A stretch of 64,000 nucleotides of DNA from an uncultured Candidatus Saccharibacteria bacterium (GTDB taxonomy: Bacteria; Patescibacteriota; Minisyncoccia; Phycocordibacterales; Phycocordibacteraceae), in the NCBI GenBank assembly GCA_964638585.1, contig CAZXAN010000003.1:30047-94046 (forward strand). Reading direction: 5' to 3'. The position numbers and the translations under genes are program-made. The notes under the pieces are model-generated. The model was not told the origin of the DNA. It made no database searches and worked only from the letters and a program-made list of their open reading frames with translations. This document shows, piece by piece, positions 55,964 to 64,000 of this stretch; within the stretch, counting starts at the first letter, position 1, and every line of letters begins with the position of its first letter.

Positions 55964-56728
55964 TTATTTGGTTATAATACGCGCTTTATCCTTTTCTATC
56001 AAGATGGTGTGTTCAAAGTGGGCGGAACGGGAGCCGTCGCGAGTGCGATAGGTGTAACCATCGGAGTCTAGTTTTACTGATGCTTTCCCGATATTTGCGA
56101 TCGGTTCAAGAGCGAGCACCATGCCCTCTTCCAATTCTGGACCCGTCCCAGGATAGCCGAAGTTGGGGATGAATGGCTCTTCGTGCACATGATCTCCCAC
56201 GCCGTGTCCTCCAAGATCTTTCACGACGCTGAAGCCAGCATCTTCAATCTCTTTTTGAATCGCATTTGAAATATCACCGATATGATTCCCCGGCATCGCT
56301 ACCGCGATGCCGGCCTCGAGCGCGCGCTCTGTCGCGACGAGCAACTTCTTCGTTATTTCATCTACTTCACCGACAGCCACCGTGATAGCCGCGTCAACAA
56401 TCACACCGTTATGCGAGAGGCCTAAATCCAGTCCCACAATATCACCTGCTTTTAAAATTTTTACTGACTCATTTGGTATGCCATGCACCACTTCATCATT
56501 AATAGAGACACAGAGCGTCGCTGGATACGGCCGCTTCGCGCCCTCTGGCGTGTAACCGAGAAAGCACGGTTCATCACCGCCATCTCTAATCATCTTTTCT
56601 GCCAAGTCATCAAGCTCTTCAGCCGTCACTCCAGGAGCGACTTTTACCCGCAATGCTTCAAGCACTGTGGCGAGGCGCTTGCCACCCTCTATGAGGTTCT
56701 CACGTTCTGTATCGTTCTTGATTGTCAT
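55964..56728 (-). CDS. map: Methionine aminopeptidase type I
   Basis: MetAP fold with metal ligands D, D, H, E, E. Lies in the canonical position after adk. Confidence 0.9.
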   Translation of the reverse strand: MTIKNDTERENLIEGGKRLATVLEALRVKVAPGVTAEELDDLAEKMIRDGGDEPCFLGYTPEGAKRPYPATLCVSINDEVVHGIPNESVKILKAGDIVGLDLGLSHNGVIVDAAITVAVGEVDEITKKLLVATERALEAGIAVAMPGNHIGDISNAIQKEIEDAGFSVVKDLGGHGVGDHVHEEPFIPNFGYPGTGPELEEGMVLALEPIANIGKASVKLDSDGYTYRTRDGSRSAHFEHTILIEKDKARIITK

Positions 56729-57291
56729 TAGATTTTGAGTTTTTTCTTTATATCTTCTGCTATTTTTTTTGGTGATGGTTCGCCATCTATATCAATCAAC
56801 ACTCCCTTTTTATGAAATAGTTTTATTACTGATTCAGTATGCTCATTATATTCCTTTATCCTCTCATCTACAGCTGAATCATCGGCACGATCTTCAATAT
56901 TCTTACGAAGTGCGATCCTATGACGAACACTTTCATCAGATATCTGTATGTTTAGAACAACGAACGGTCTCCCTAGCCAATCGAGAGAATCTGCAATAAG
57001 CTCAGCTTCTTGAAGCTTGCGACCAGAGCCGTCAAAAATAATTCCTTCGTCTTCGCGAATAATGAACAACGCTTTTAGATACAAATATGTGGCTAGCCAA
57101 TATGGCTGAAGAAACCCTGCGTCGTTCTCGGCCTTTATCTTTCTTCCGACAGGGGTATCCTCCTCCGCCATAGCCCTGAACTGCTGGCCTGAAGATATGA
57201 CTCTCCAGCCTGTTAATTCTGACAGAAATTTCGCCTGCGTCCCCTTACCGCTCCCCGGCTTCCCTATAAAAAATATTGTTCGTGTTTCCAT
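56728..57291 (-). CDS. adk: Adenylate kinase-like nucleoside monophosphate kinase (divergent, short)
   Basis: P-loop FIGKPGSGKGTQ, positioned between secY and map. Confidence 0.7.
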   Translation of the reverse strand: METRTIFFIGKPGSGKGTQAKFLSELTGWRVISSGQQFRAMAEEDTPVGRKIKAENDAGFLQPYWLATYLYLKALFIIREDEGIIFDGSGRKLQEAELIADSLDWLGRPFVVLNIQISDESVRHRIALRKNIEDRADDSAVDERIKEYNEHTESVIKLFHKKGVLIDIDGEPSPKKIAEDIKKKLKI

Positions 57292-57310
57292 CCAACTACT
57301 TTAACACTTT

Positions 57311-58585
57311 TTAATATTCTCGCAGAGAGACTTGGGCGTCGATTTTGCGAGCGAGGTCGAGAGCGACCTGTACGGCGATGAGGAGGGCTGTGCCACCGAG
57401 GACAATCGTGGTGATTCCTGTTAAACCTTGGATTATAGACGGAGAAATAGCAATAAGACCGAGGAATATTGCTCCGGGGAATGTAACGCGATTTACAACA
57501 TTGCTGATAAAATCTTCTGTCTCTCGGCCTGGGCGCACTCCTGGGACAAAGGCTCCGGACTTCTGAAGGTTCTCTGCAACTCTGTGCGGTTCAAACGTTA
57601 CAGAAGTATAAAAATAGGTAAAAAGAACAACAAGAATAAAATAGACCGTTCCATAATTCCACGGGTTGGTGAGGAATGCCGAATACCAGAGCGCAGCGCT
57701 AGATGCAAACGAAACATTCACAGCTCCAAGCATTGAGAGCGCCATCTGTGGCACAAGCAAGAGGGATAGAGCGAAGATGATTGGGATAACGCCAGCTTGT
57801 AAGAGGCGTATGGGTAGGTATGTAGCAGCGTTCTGTGCAAGCGCCGCGCCACGGACTGCGCGCGCATATGCGATAGGTATAGACCTCTCTGCATCAGACA
57901 CTACGACTACCGCATAAATCATTGCAAGTGACAGAATAGTGAAGCCTAAGTATGCAGGAATATCTGATGCGCCCGCAACAAAAAGAGCGTTTGAGATGCT
58001 TGATGGCACGCTCGCTAGAATGCCTGCAAGAATGACCAACGAGACGCCGTTACCAATACCAAACTCTGTCACCAGCTCTCCGATCCACATAAGTAGTAGG
58101 GAACCGGCGGTTACGATCGCGATGTTCGCGATAAGCGTTACCGAATTCAAGTGCGATATAACGCCCTGACTCTGGAGCAAGAACAAGAACCCAACGGCTT
58201 GCAAAACTGCCATAGGTATAGTGAGTAAACGGCTCCAATTGATAAACTTTGCGCGCCCAGCCTCTCCCTCTTCATGATACGCCTGCTTAATTTGTGGAAA
58301 AATAATCGTGCCTAATTGCATAATGATAGACGCCGTGATGTACGGTCCAACACCGAGCATAACTATTGAGAGGCTTGATAGCCCACCGCCAGAGAAAATA
58401 TTTAAGATGCCGAGGAATTGATTGTTTGAGAAAAATGCTGCAAGCGCTGTTTTATCAACGCCAGGGATTGGAATTGAAGCGAGAATGCGGAAAAGTGCCA
58501 GCGCACCAACTAAAAAGAGTATACGGAAGCGGATTTCAGGATCTCCGAAAGCGAGTTTGAGTTTGTGTATAAAGGTTTTAAGCAT
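57311..58585 (-). CDS. secY: Preprotein translocase subunit SecY
   Basis: 10 TM helices in the operon-conserved position. Start taken at MLKTFIHKL. Confidence 0.9.
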   Translation of the reverse strand: MLKTFIHKLKLAFGDPEIRFRILFLVGALALFRILASIPIPGVDKTALAAFFSNNQFLGILNIFSGGGLSSLSIVMLGVGPYITASIIMQLGTIIFPQIKQAYHEEGEAGRAKFINWSRLLTIPMAVLQAVGFLFLLQSQGVISHLNSVTLIANIAIVTAGSLLLMWIGELVTEFGIGNGVSLVILAGILASVPSSISNALFVAGASDIPAYLGFTILSLAMIYAVVVVSDAERSIPIAYARAVRGAALAQNAATYLPIRLLQAGVIPIIFALSLLLVPQMALSMLGAVNVSFASSAALWYSAFLTNPWNYGTVYFILVVLFTYFYTSVTFEPHRVAENLQKSGAFVPGVRPGRETEDFISNVVNRVTFPGAIFLGLIAISPSIIQGLTGITTIVLGGTALLIAVQVALDLARKIDAQVSLREY

Positions 58586-59033
58586 GGGTTTGTGTGCCGC
58601 CCACCGCAATTACTGCAGCGAGAGCAGATGCAGACAGTGTACAACCCTTTATAACGAGAGCCTTTGTGAGAGATCCTGTACCCAAGATCTTAACAACCGG
58701 CGCGCGACCCTTCTTTCTACGGACCAAGCCTTTAGCAACCAGAGAAGACGGTGTGACTGTCTCTCCTGCCTTATACATAGACTCAAGAGCAGATAGACTG
58801 ATAACTGTCGTAGCGATACGATTAGTCTTAACAGTGCGAGCACGATTCTTGCCAAAGCCACGGCGCTTTGGGAGCTTCTTTATAAGGTCACGCACCTCTG
58901 GGCGTATGTGGTGTCCTGCGCGTGCTGTTTGCCCCTTACCACCACGGCCGCTTGTTTTGCCACGCTTGCCTCCTCGGCCTACGGGTGCATTCTTCTTATT
59001 TTTAGTGCGTGCTTTAAATGTGTGGAGTTGCAT
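58578..59033 (-). CDS. rplO: 50S ribosomal protein L15
   Basis: Gly/Arg-rich N-terminus GRGGKRGKTSGRGGKG. Confidence 0.9.
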   Translation of the reverse strand: MQLHTFKARTKNKKNAPVGRGGKRGKTSGRGGKGQTARAGHHIRPEVRDLIKKLPKRRGFGKNRARTVKTNRIATTVISLSALESMYKAGETVTPSSLVAKGLVRRKKGRAPVVKILGTGSLTKALVIKGCTLSASALAAVIAVGGTQTHA

Positions 59034-59043
59034 ACAAAATTTA

Positions 59044-59661
59044 TTACGCCTTGCGAAGTTTCTTAAGAGCAGCGACCGTCGCACGAGCGATAGTGAGCTT
59101 GTTCTTAGAACGACTGTGAATCTTTGTCACGACATCTGTCACACCAGCAAGATCAAGCACAGTGCGGACAGCCGAGCCGGCGACGAGACCACGACCCTGT
59201 GATGGGATTATTTCTACAGTGGACGAAGCATATTTGGTTACAACTTGGTGCGGGATAGAACCAGAAGCTGTGCGAGGAATAGTGAAGAGGTGTTTCTTTG
59301 CATCACGCACAGCCTTATCTATAGCGAGAGCCGTATCAATACCTTTGCCTAAGCCGACACCAACACGCCCCTTCTTGTCGCCAATGACGACCACGAGACT
59401 GAAGTTGAATCGACGACCACCTGCCATAACACGAGCCACGCGTCGCGCATCAATCGTTACTTGCTCAAACTCTCCGCGCTCACGTGGTGCTCGACTGCGA
59501 CTGCCACCTCTCTGTGCACGACCTCTTATAGATCCACGACCTCCGCGAGCCGGCACGGTAGCTACAGGAGAAACCTCTTCTGGAGTTATTTCAACTGGTA
59601 CTGGAACACCGGTAACGATGTCTTCTTCTTTTATTATTTCTGGCTCCATTGGTGTAGTCAT
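59044..59661 (-). CDS. rpsE: 30S ribosomal protein S5 (with an acidic N-terminal extension)
   Basis: S5 dsRBD and C-terminal domain motifs. Directly precedes rplO, so no L30 gene is present. Confidence 0.9.
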   Translation of the reverse strand: MTTPMEPEIIKEEDIVTGVPVPVEITPEEVSPVATVPARGGRGSIRGRAQRGGSRSRAPRERGEFEQVTIDARRVARVMAGGRRFNFSLVVVIGDKKGRVGVGLGKGIDTALAIDKAVRDAKKHLFTIPRTASGSIPHQVVTKYASSTVEIIPSQGRGLVAGSAVRTVLDLAGVTDVVTKIHSRSKNKLTIARATVAALKKLRKA

Positions 59662-59667
59662 AAGTAT

Positions 59668-60018
59668 TTAAAATTTGAGTCCGCCTTCGCGAGCCGCATC
59701 GGCGAGCGACTTAACCTGTCCGCCGTAGCGATAACCGCCACGGTCAAAGACTGCTGCCGTGACTCCGAGCGCGACCGCCTTCTTGGCGATCGCCGAGCCG
59801 ACCGACTTCGCCTGAAGCGACTGTGCGCCCTTGAACTCTCGTCCGTGTGCGGCCGCAACCGTCTTTCCTGCTGTATCGTCAATCAGCTGTGCCGAGACGA
59901 AGCGGTTACTACGGAAGACAGCGAGACGCGGACGCTCAGCAGTGCCCTTCACTGTCGCCCTTACTCTCGCATGTCTGCGCTTGCGTAGTTCGCTATTTGT
60001 TTTAGGTTTGTGATTCAT
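59668..60018 (-). CDS. rplR: 50S ribosomal protein L18
   Basis: 116 aa, RPRLAVFRSNR... Confidence 0.9.
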   Translation of the reverse strand: MNHKPKTNSELRKRRHARVRATVKGTAERPRLAVFRSNRFVSAQLIDDTAGKTVAAAHGREFKGAQSLQAKSVGSAIAKKAVALGVTAAVFDRGGYRYGGQVKSLADAAREGGLKF

Positions 60019-60048
60019 GTTTTTGTATTTCCTGCTTACTGCTTTCTG

Positions 60049-60579
60049 CTACACGGCCTTCTTACCTTGCTTCCTGCGGATCACCTCTCCTTCATAGTGA
60101 ATGCCTTTGCCAAGATACGGCTCCGGTGGCTTTACACGGCGAACGTTTGCGGCAAATTGTCCGACTGCCTCCTTGTCAGAACTCTCAATCGTCATAACAT
60201 TCTTTTCTGCCTTTGCTGTAATTCCTTCTGGAATCGGGAGTGACACTGTGTGAGAGAATCCGACAGTTAGAATTACATCCTTACCCTTCACTTCCATACG
60301 GTACCCAACGCCGTCCAAAATAAGCTTTTTTATGTATGGTGTCTCAACACCTTGTACCATATTCTTCACATGCGAGGCGAATGTGCCGGTGAGTGCCTTA
60401 GCGAGACGCGAAGTATTCTTCGGCGTAATCATCACTCCATCAGCGCCTACCTCGATATCAATAGACGGATGTACGCGCTTGATGAGCGTACCCTTCGCTC
60501 CTTTCACGACGAGATCCCCACCTGTCACCGAGACAGTCGTCTTTCCTATTGATATTGGCTTCTTAGCGAGTCGTGACAT
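60049..60579 (-). CDS. rplF: 50S ribosomal protein L6
   Basis: MSRLAKKPISIGK... ; 176 aa. Confidence 0.9.
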   Translation of the reverse strand: MSRLAKKPISIGKTTVSVTGGDLVVKGAKGTLIKRVHPSIDIEVGADGVMITPKNTSRLAKALTGTFASHVKNMVQGVETPYIKKLILDGVGYRMEVKGKDVILTVGFSHTVSLPIPEGITAKAEKNVMTIESSDKEAVGQFAANVRRVKPPEPYLGKGIHYEGEVIRRKQGKKAV

Positions 60580-60583
60580 AAGT

Positions 60584-60616
60584 AATTATTTATAGTGAGC
60601 GTAGTCGAACTACCAG
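60584..60616. repeat. 32-nt repeated intergenic/3'-end sequence AATTATTTATAGTGAGCGTAGTCGAACTACCA (copy 1, rpsH-rplF junction)
   Basis: Near-identical to 61016-61047 (one substitution). Confidence 0.7.
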
Positions 60617-61014
60617 ATCTGGAACAACTCTTCGCCACCAGAGCGAGTCTTGCGCGCCTCTGAGTCAGTGATAATCCCAGACGGCGAAGAAATAACCATC
60701 GCTCCTGTGCCACCCTTCACCTTGTGCGCCGTCGTGAACGGCGTGTAGAGCCGTCGACCCGGCTTGCTTATTCTCTTCACGCCACGGAGCTTCGCGACAC
60801 CATGCTCGTTGTACGCGAGCGTTACTGCAAAACTTCTCTGCACTTTTTCATCTTCTGCTTTTTCTATTTTTACAGAATCTATAAATCCAAGCTCTTTCAG
60901 TTTCTTCGCGATCGCGACAAGGTGGAGCGAGTAGGGTACAGAAACGTCCTTCTTGCCGACGATAGCGGCATTCTGCAAACGGATTATAAAATCTCCAACT
61001 TTATCCGTAATCAT
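60610..61014 (-). CDS. rpsH: 30S ribosomal protein S8
   Basis: 134 aa, operon position. Confidence 0.9.
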   Translation of the reverse strand: MITDKVGDFIIRLQNAAIVGKKDVSVPYSLHLVAIAKKLKELGFIDSVKIEKAEDEKVQRSFAVTLAYNEHGVAKLRGVKRISKPGRRLYTPFTTAHKVKGGTGAMVISSPSGIITDSEARKTRSGGEELFQIW

Positions 61015-61015
61015 A

Positions 61016-61047
61016 AATTATTTATAGTGAGCATAGTCGAACTACCA
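61016..61047. repeat. 32-nt repeat copy 2 (rpsN-rpsH junction)
   Basis: AATTATTTATAGTGAGCATAGTCGAACTACCA. Confidence 0.7.
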
Positions 61048-61311
61048 AGAGGCCTTCTTAACGCCCGGTATCTTCCCTTCTCGCGCGAGCTCGCGGAACT
61101 TGATGCGTGAGAGTCCGAATGTGCGCATATAGCCTCGAGAACGGCCGGTTATACCACAGCGGTTCTTCAGCCTTACTGGCGAAGAGTTTCTCGGGAGCTT
61201 CTGGAGGCCTTCAGAATCACCAGCCAACTTCAAAGCCGCACGCTTAACGGCGTACTTCTTTACGAGTTTCTGCTTCTTAGCAAGTCTCGCCAATTGGGAT
61301 GCTTTTGCCAT
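61042..61311 (-). CDS. rpsN: 30S ribosomal protein S14
   Basis: 89 aa, ...[26 protein letters not shown]... Confidence 0.9.
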   Translation of the reverse strand: MAKASQLARLAKKQKLVKKYAVKRAALKLAGDSEGLQKLPRNSSPVRLKNRCGITGRSRGYMRTFGLSRIKFRELAREGKIPGVKKASW

Positions 61312-61444
61312 AGGGATAATTAAGGGCTCTCTGGGACTCTACCTACCTCCCGCACTCATTTTGAAGTAAAAATAAAGCCCCCGAGGAGCGTGAATATAAT
61401 GTATCACCTAGTTCCTGCGCCGTCAAACTTCCTTTTGCATGAAA

Positions 61445-61472
61445 GGGAAACCCCACTGAAGTGGGGTCTTTC
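61445..61472. terminator. Hairpin GGGAAACCCCACT-GA-AGTGGGGTCTTTC downstream (sense) of the HTH gene
   Basis: Stem of about 11 bp with one mismatch, 13 nt after the HTH stop. Confidence 0.45.
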
Positions 61473-61484
61473 TGAGTGGCTTAA

Positions 61485-61703
61485 CTAGTCCACTATTGTT
61501 CCTTTTCGGGCGACGATGATGTTAAAAAGAGCTAGACGTGAGGCAGAAATAAGTGGGCTCTTGCGCTGCTCCCAGTTTCTGACTGTCCCGAGCGGTACAT
61601 CGAACGTATCGGCAAACTGCTCCTGCGTCAGCTTCAAGGAGTTTCTAAAGCCAATTAACTCTTCTGAGGTAACCGCCGCCTTCGATACACTCCTCTTACT
61701 CAT
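61485..61703 (-). CDS. XRE-family helix-turn-helix protein (72 aa; antitoxin/Cro-like) inserted in the r-protein operon
   Basis: HTH LTQEQFADTFDVPLGTVRNWEQRKS. A GGGGGTG SD lies 5 nt upstream and a TTGACA box further upstream. The raw ORF's N-terminal extension is discarded. Confidence 0.7.
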   Translation of the reverse strand: MSKRSVSKAAVTSEELIGFRNSLKLTQEQFADTFDVPLGTVRNWEQRKSPLISASRLALFNIIVARKGTIVD

Positions 61704-61778
61704 GAGACACCCCCTATTTGTCGATTTAAAAATGCACATTAAGAAACATACATTGCCGTTCGATGCCATGTCAAATGC

Positions 61779-61811
61779 AAAGGGTCATGGCCGAACAGCC
61801 ATGACCCTTTT
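61779..61811. terminator. Perfect 13-bp hairpin AAAGGGTCATGGC-CGAACA-GCCATGACCCTTT between rplE and the HTH gene
   Basis: Immediately after the rplE stop on the sense strand. Confidence 0.5.
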
Positions 61812-61824
61812 AAAAATTACGAAA

Positions 61825-62373
61825 TTACTTCTTAGTTGCCTCTACGATAAGCGGCATGCCAATGTGGCGGAAGAATGCCTCGGCTTCGGCTTTTGACTTG
61901 GCCGTGGTGACTATCGTTATGGCGAGACCGAACACGTCCTTCAGATCTTCATCTGAGGTCTCAGGAAATATTGTATGCTCTTTTATACCAATCGTAATGT
62001 TACCCATATCGTCTATGGTTGACGCTTTAAGACCGCGGAAGTCGCGTGTACGCGGGAGGGCGATATGGATGAGCTTATCGATAAAGTCGTACATGCGAGC
62101 GCCGCGGAGCGTCACTTGGAGGCCTACAGTGTCGCCCTCGCGCACCTTAAAAGCGGCGATAGAGATCTTCGCGCCGCGTAGAGCAGACTTCTGCCCTGTA
62201 ATCTTGGCGAGGCGATCTTGAATCACTTCTATTTGTTTTTTATCTCGTTTCTTCCCTACTCCACTAGAGACGATGACTTTTGAAATGCGAGGGCCCTGCA
62301 TAGGACTGGTATAGCCGAACGCTTCTTTGAGTGCGATGTAGGCTTCTTGCTGACGTTGTTTAGTAATAGACAT
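61825..62373 (-). CDS. rplE: 50S ribosomal protein L5
   Basis: 182 aa. Confidence 0.9.
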   Translation of the reverse strand: MSITKQRQQEAYIALKEAFGYTSPMQGPRISKVIVSSGVGKKRDKKQIEVIQDRLAKITGQKSALRGAKISIAAFKVREGDTVGLQVTLRGARMYDFIDKLIHIALPRTRDFRGLKASTIDDMGNITIGIKEHTIFPETSDEDLKDVFGLAITIVTTAKSKAEAEAFFRHIGMPLIVEATKK

Positions 62374-62376
62374 AAT

Positions 62377-62652
62377 TTATTTCTTATTAGCCTTGACTGG
62401 CTTATCTGACACTTCGAGAGCCGACTTAGTCTTCGTCGTTGAAACGAGCGCGACGTTGGACACATGAACAGCGCGAGGTCTCTCTACGATACGACCAGTC
62501 TGTCCCTGACGGCCTCTCGTGTGGCGCTTATAGAGCGCTACGCCTTCAATCACTACTTTATTCTCCTTTGGCAGGGCGCGTGCGACCACACCGGTCTTCC
62601 CTTTATCCTTTCCCGATATGACTCTCACTTTGTCTCCTTTTTTAATTTTCAT
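62377..62652 (-). CDS. rplX: 50S ribosomal protein L24
   Basis: [21 protein letters not shown] is a KOW-motif N-terminus. Confidence 0.9.
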   Translation of the reverse strand: MKIKKGDKVRVISGKDKGKTGVVARALPKENKVVIEGVALYKRHTRGRQGQTGRIVERPRAVHVSNVALVSTTKTKSALEVSDKPVKANKK

Positions 62653-62660
62653 ACAAATAT

Positions 62661-63038
62661 TTATACGACTTCGGGCGCGAGCGCGACGATAGAGTGCCAT
62701 CCCATCAAGGAGAGCTCGCGAGGCACAGGGCCGAAGATGCGGTTCCCTTTCGGCGCCATCTCCTTACCTTGCTTTTCTATAAGCACGACGGCGTTCTCAT
62801 CAAAGCGGATGTACGAGCCGTCCTTGCGACCGAAAGGCTTTACCTGGCGAACGACCACTGCGCGAAAGATGTCCTTCTTCTTCACCGCTTTACGTGGCAT
62901 TGCCGTCTGAATAGAAACAACGACAACGTCGCCGATCTCTGCGTAACGACGTTTACTGCCACCGAGCACCTTAAAGACGCGTGCGACAGTGCCGCCTGAG
63001 TTATCTGCAACTGCAACTATGGATTGTGGTTGTAACAT
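62661..63038 (-). CDS. rplN: 50S ribosomal protein L14
   Basis: [16 protein letters not shown]... Confidence 0.9.
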   Translation of the reverse strand: MLQPQSIVAVADNSGGTVARVFKVLGGSKRRYAEIGDVVVVSIQTAMPRKAVKKKDIFRAVVVRQVKPFGRKDGSYIRFDENAVVLIEKQGKEMAPKGNRIFGPVPRELSLMGWHSIVALAPEVV

Positions 63039-63045
63039 AAGAATA

Positions 63046-63074
63046 ATTAGGCACTAGGCTCTAGGTCTTTAGCC
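63046..63074. repeat. CTAG-heptamer repeat (ATTAGGCACTAGGCTCTAGGTCTTTAGCC) between rpsQ and rplN
   Basis: Overlaps the rpsQ stop codon. Confidence 0.7.
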
Positions 63075-63322
63075 TTCACGACATTCAAAATCGCGAAGCG
63101 CTTCAGTTTAGAGATGGGTCGCGTCGCGACGATAGTGACCGTGTCGCCAACTTTCACAGTATTACCTGGGTCGTGCGCGAGATACTTCTTAGAGCGCACA
63201 AAATACTTCTTGTACTTCGCATTCTTGACGTAGCGATCTACACGGACCGTAGCCGTGTCCTTCATCGCCGTCTTTACGACAGTACCAACGAATGTTTGCT
63301 TGAGTGAAGTTTTTGTTTCCAT
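63047..63322 (-). CDS. rpsQ: 30S ribosomal protein S17
   Basis: 91 aa. Confidence 0.9.
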   Translation of the reverse strand: METKTSLKQTFVGTVVKTAMKDTATVRVDRYVKNAKYKKYFVRSKKYLAHDPGNTVKVGDTVTIVATRPISKLKRFAILNVVKAKDLEPSA

Positions 63323-63324
63323 AA

Positions 63325-63540
63325 TTATGCGATTGCGACTTGCCGTGTACCTGTCGAACGGGCGCGTTGTTCGGTCAATACTCGAGCGATGGTCACACGG
63401 TGCTTCCTCGGCGCATTGGACTCCTTGGCACGTGCGCCTGCTGCAGAGAAACGTTCGGTGCGTAGCACTTCTCGTGTATCGGTGAGGAGCTTCACGAGCT
63501 CTGTGTCAGTCTTGGTCTTCATGTTGTCTCTTTTTGTCAT
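63325..63540 (-). CDS. rpmC: 50S ribosomal protein L29
   Basis: 71 aa. Confidence 0.85.
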   Translation of the reverse strand: MTKRDNMKTKTDTELVKLLTDTREVLRTERFSAAGARAKESNAPRKHRVTIARVLTEQRARSTGTRQVAIA

Positions 63541-63562
63541 AAAAATTGGAATAGCGCAAGGT

Positions 63563-63985
63563 TTATCGGCGAGCGATGATAGACGTAGTCAAAGGAAGCT
63601 TCGTCCCAGCCTGCTTCAGGTGTGCACGAGCAACACCCTCTTCAACGCCATCGAGCTCGAAGAGAATTCGACCTGGACGCACCTGAAATACATAGTGCTT
63701 AGGGTCGCCCTTACCGCTACCCATGCCCACCTCCGCCGGCTTCATCGTCACTGGTCGGTCGGGGAAGATTCGGATCCAGAGCTTGCCGGTCTTCGCTGTC
63801 GCGCGAGTGAGAACTTTTCTTGCAGACTCAATCTGGTTGCTCGTCACACGCGCGCTCGTGAGAGCCTTCAGCCCGAACGAACCAAACGCAACGGTAATAC
63901 CGCGCGTCTCCGGACGATTCAACCTCTTCGGACTCATCCTCTGAGTCTGCCACTTGCGGTGCTTCACTTTTTTAGGGAATAACAT
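63563..63985 (-). CDS. rplP: 50S ribosomal protein L16
   Basis: MLFPKKVKHRKWQT... ; 140 aa. Confidence 0.9.
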   Translation of the reverse strand: MLFPKKVKHRKWQTQRMSPKRLNRPETRGITVAFGSFGLKALTSARVTSNQIESARKVLTRATAKTGKLWIRIFPDRPVTMKPAEVGMGSGKGDPKHYVFQVRPGRILFELDGVEEGVARAHLKQAGTKLPLTTSIIARR

Positions 63986-64000
63986 AGCAGTTAATTTACA

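Noticed and set aside
61399-61494. 31-aa + strand ORF (MYHLVPAPSNFLLHERETPLKWGLSEWLN) with a GAGGAG SD, antisense to the r-protein operon.
   Set aside because: It is too short, overlaps a hairpin, and there is no way to test conservation here. It is mentioned only as a conceivable partner of the inserted HTH gene.

Overview
The window is densely coded, mostly on the minus strand, and looks like a monoderm Candidate Phyla Radiation (Patescibacteria-type) genome. Evidence for that: moderate GC, native genes largely without Shine-Dalgarno (SD) sequences, no rpmD (L30) between rpsE and rplO, many large Cys-rich secreted proteins and a large type IV pilus/competence locus.

Main blocks:
(1) 1-13.4 kb: type IV pilus/competence locus. 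It holds three pilin-like genes, pilD, pilA, pilC, pilT, a REC regulator, pilB, pilO/N-like genes, an 878-aa protein with two peptidoglycan-binding domains, and pilM. A four-helix-bundle gene bracketed by perfect 18-bp inverted repeats sits between pilT and pilC.
(2) comFC, tRNA-Ser(GCT), LMW-PTP, DUF4105.
(3) 15.6-23.5 kb: a csoR-copA copper/thiol-redox gene cluster with a palindromic CsoR-type operator (CcdA, DUF1573, cupredoxin, HMA-membrane fusion, a Cys/His-rich unknown protein).
(4) 23.5-24.2 kb: a GC-rich module with an SD sequence and its own promoter, next to an AbiEii-like toxin pair and a MacAB-type efflux system.
(5) groES-groEL bracketed by CTAG-heptamer repeats.
(6) A TSP1-repeat protein, a YafQ/DinJ pair and a 1066-aa esterase-fusion secreted protein.
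(7) 38.5-40.7 kb: a compositionally distinct region of three small secreted proteins, each with its own promoter, SD and intrinsic terminator.
(8) secG, an oligopeptide substrate-binding protein (SBP), RNase J, two tandem MFS paralogs, nth, a bactofilin-like protein, VKOR, dedA, and a PLD-nuclease/OB-fold fusion.
(9) infC-rpmI-rplT, DUF1653, a rearranged locus around a beta-CASP RNase gene, ndk-map-adk-secY and the r-protein operon, which carries an XRE-type HTH gene inserted between rplE and rpsN.

No CRISPR array, rRNA gene, transposase or integrase was recognised. A dispersed family of about 25-nt repeats built from TAGGCNC heptamers occurs at seven intergenic sites.
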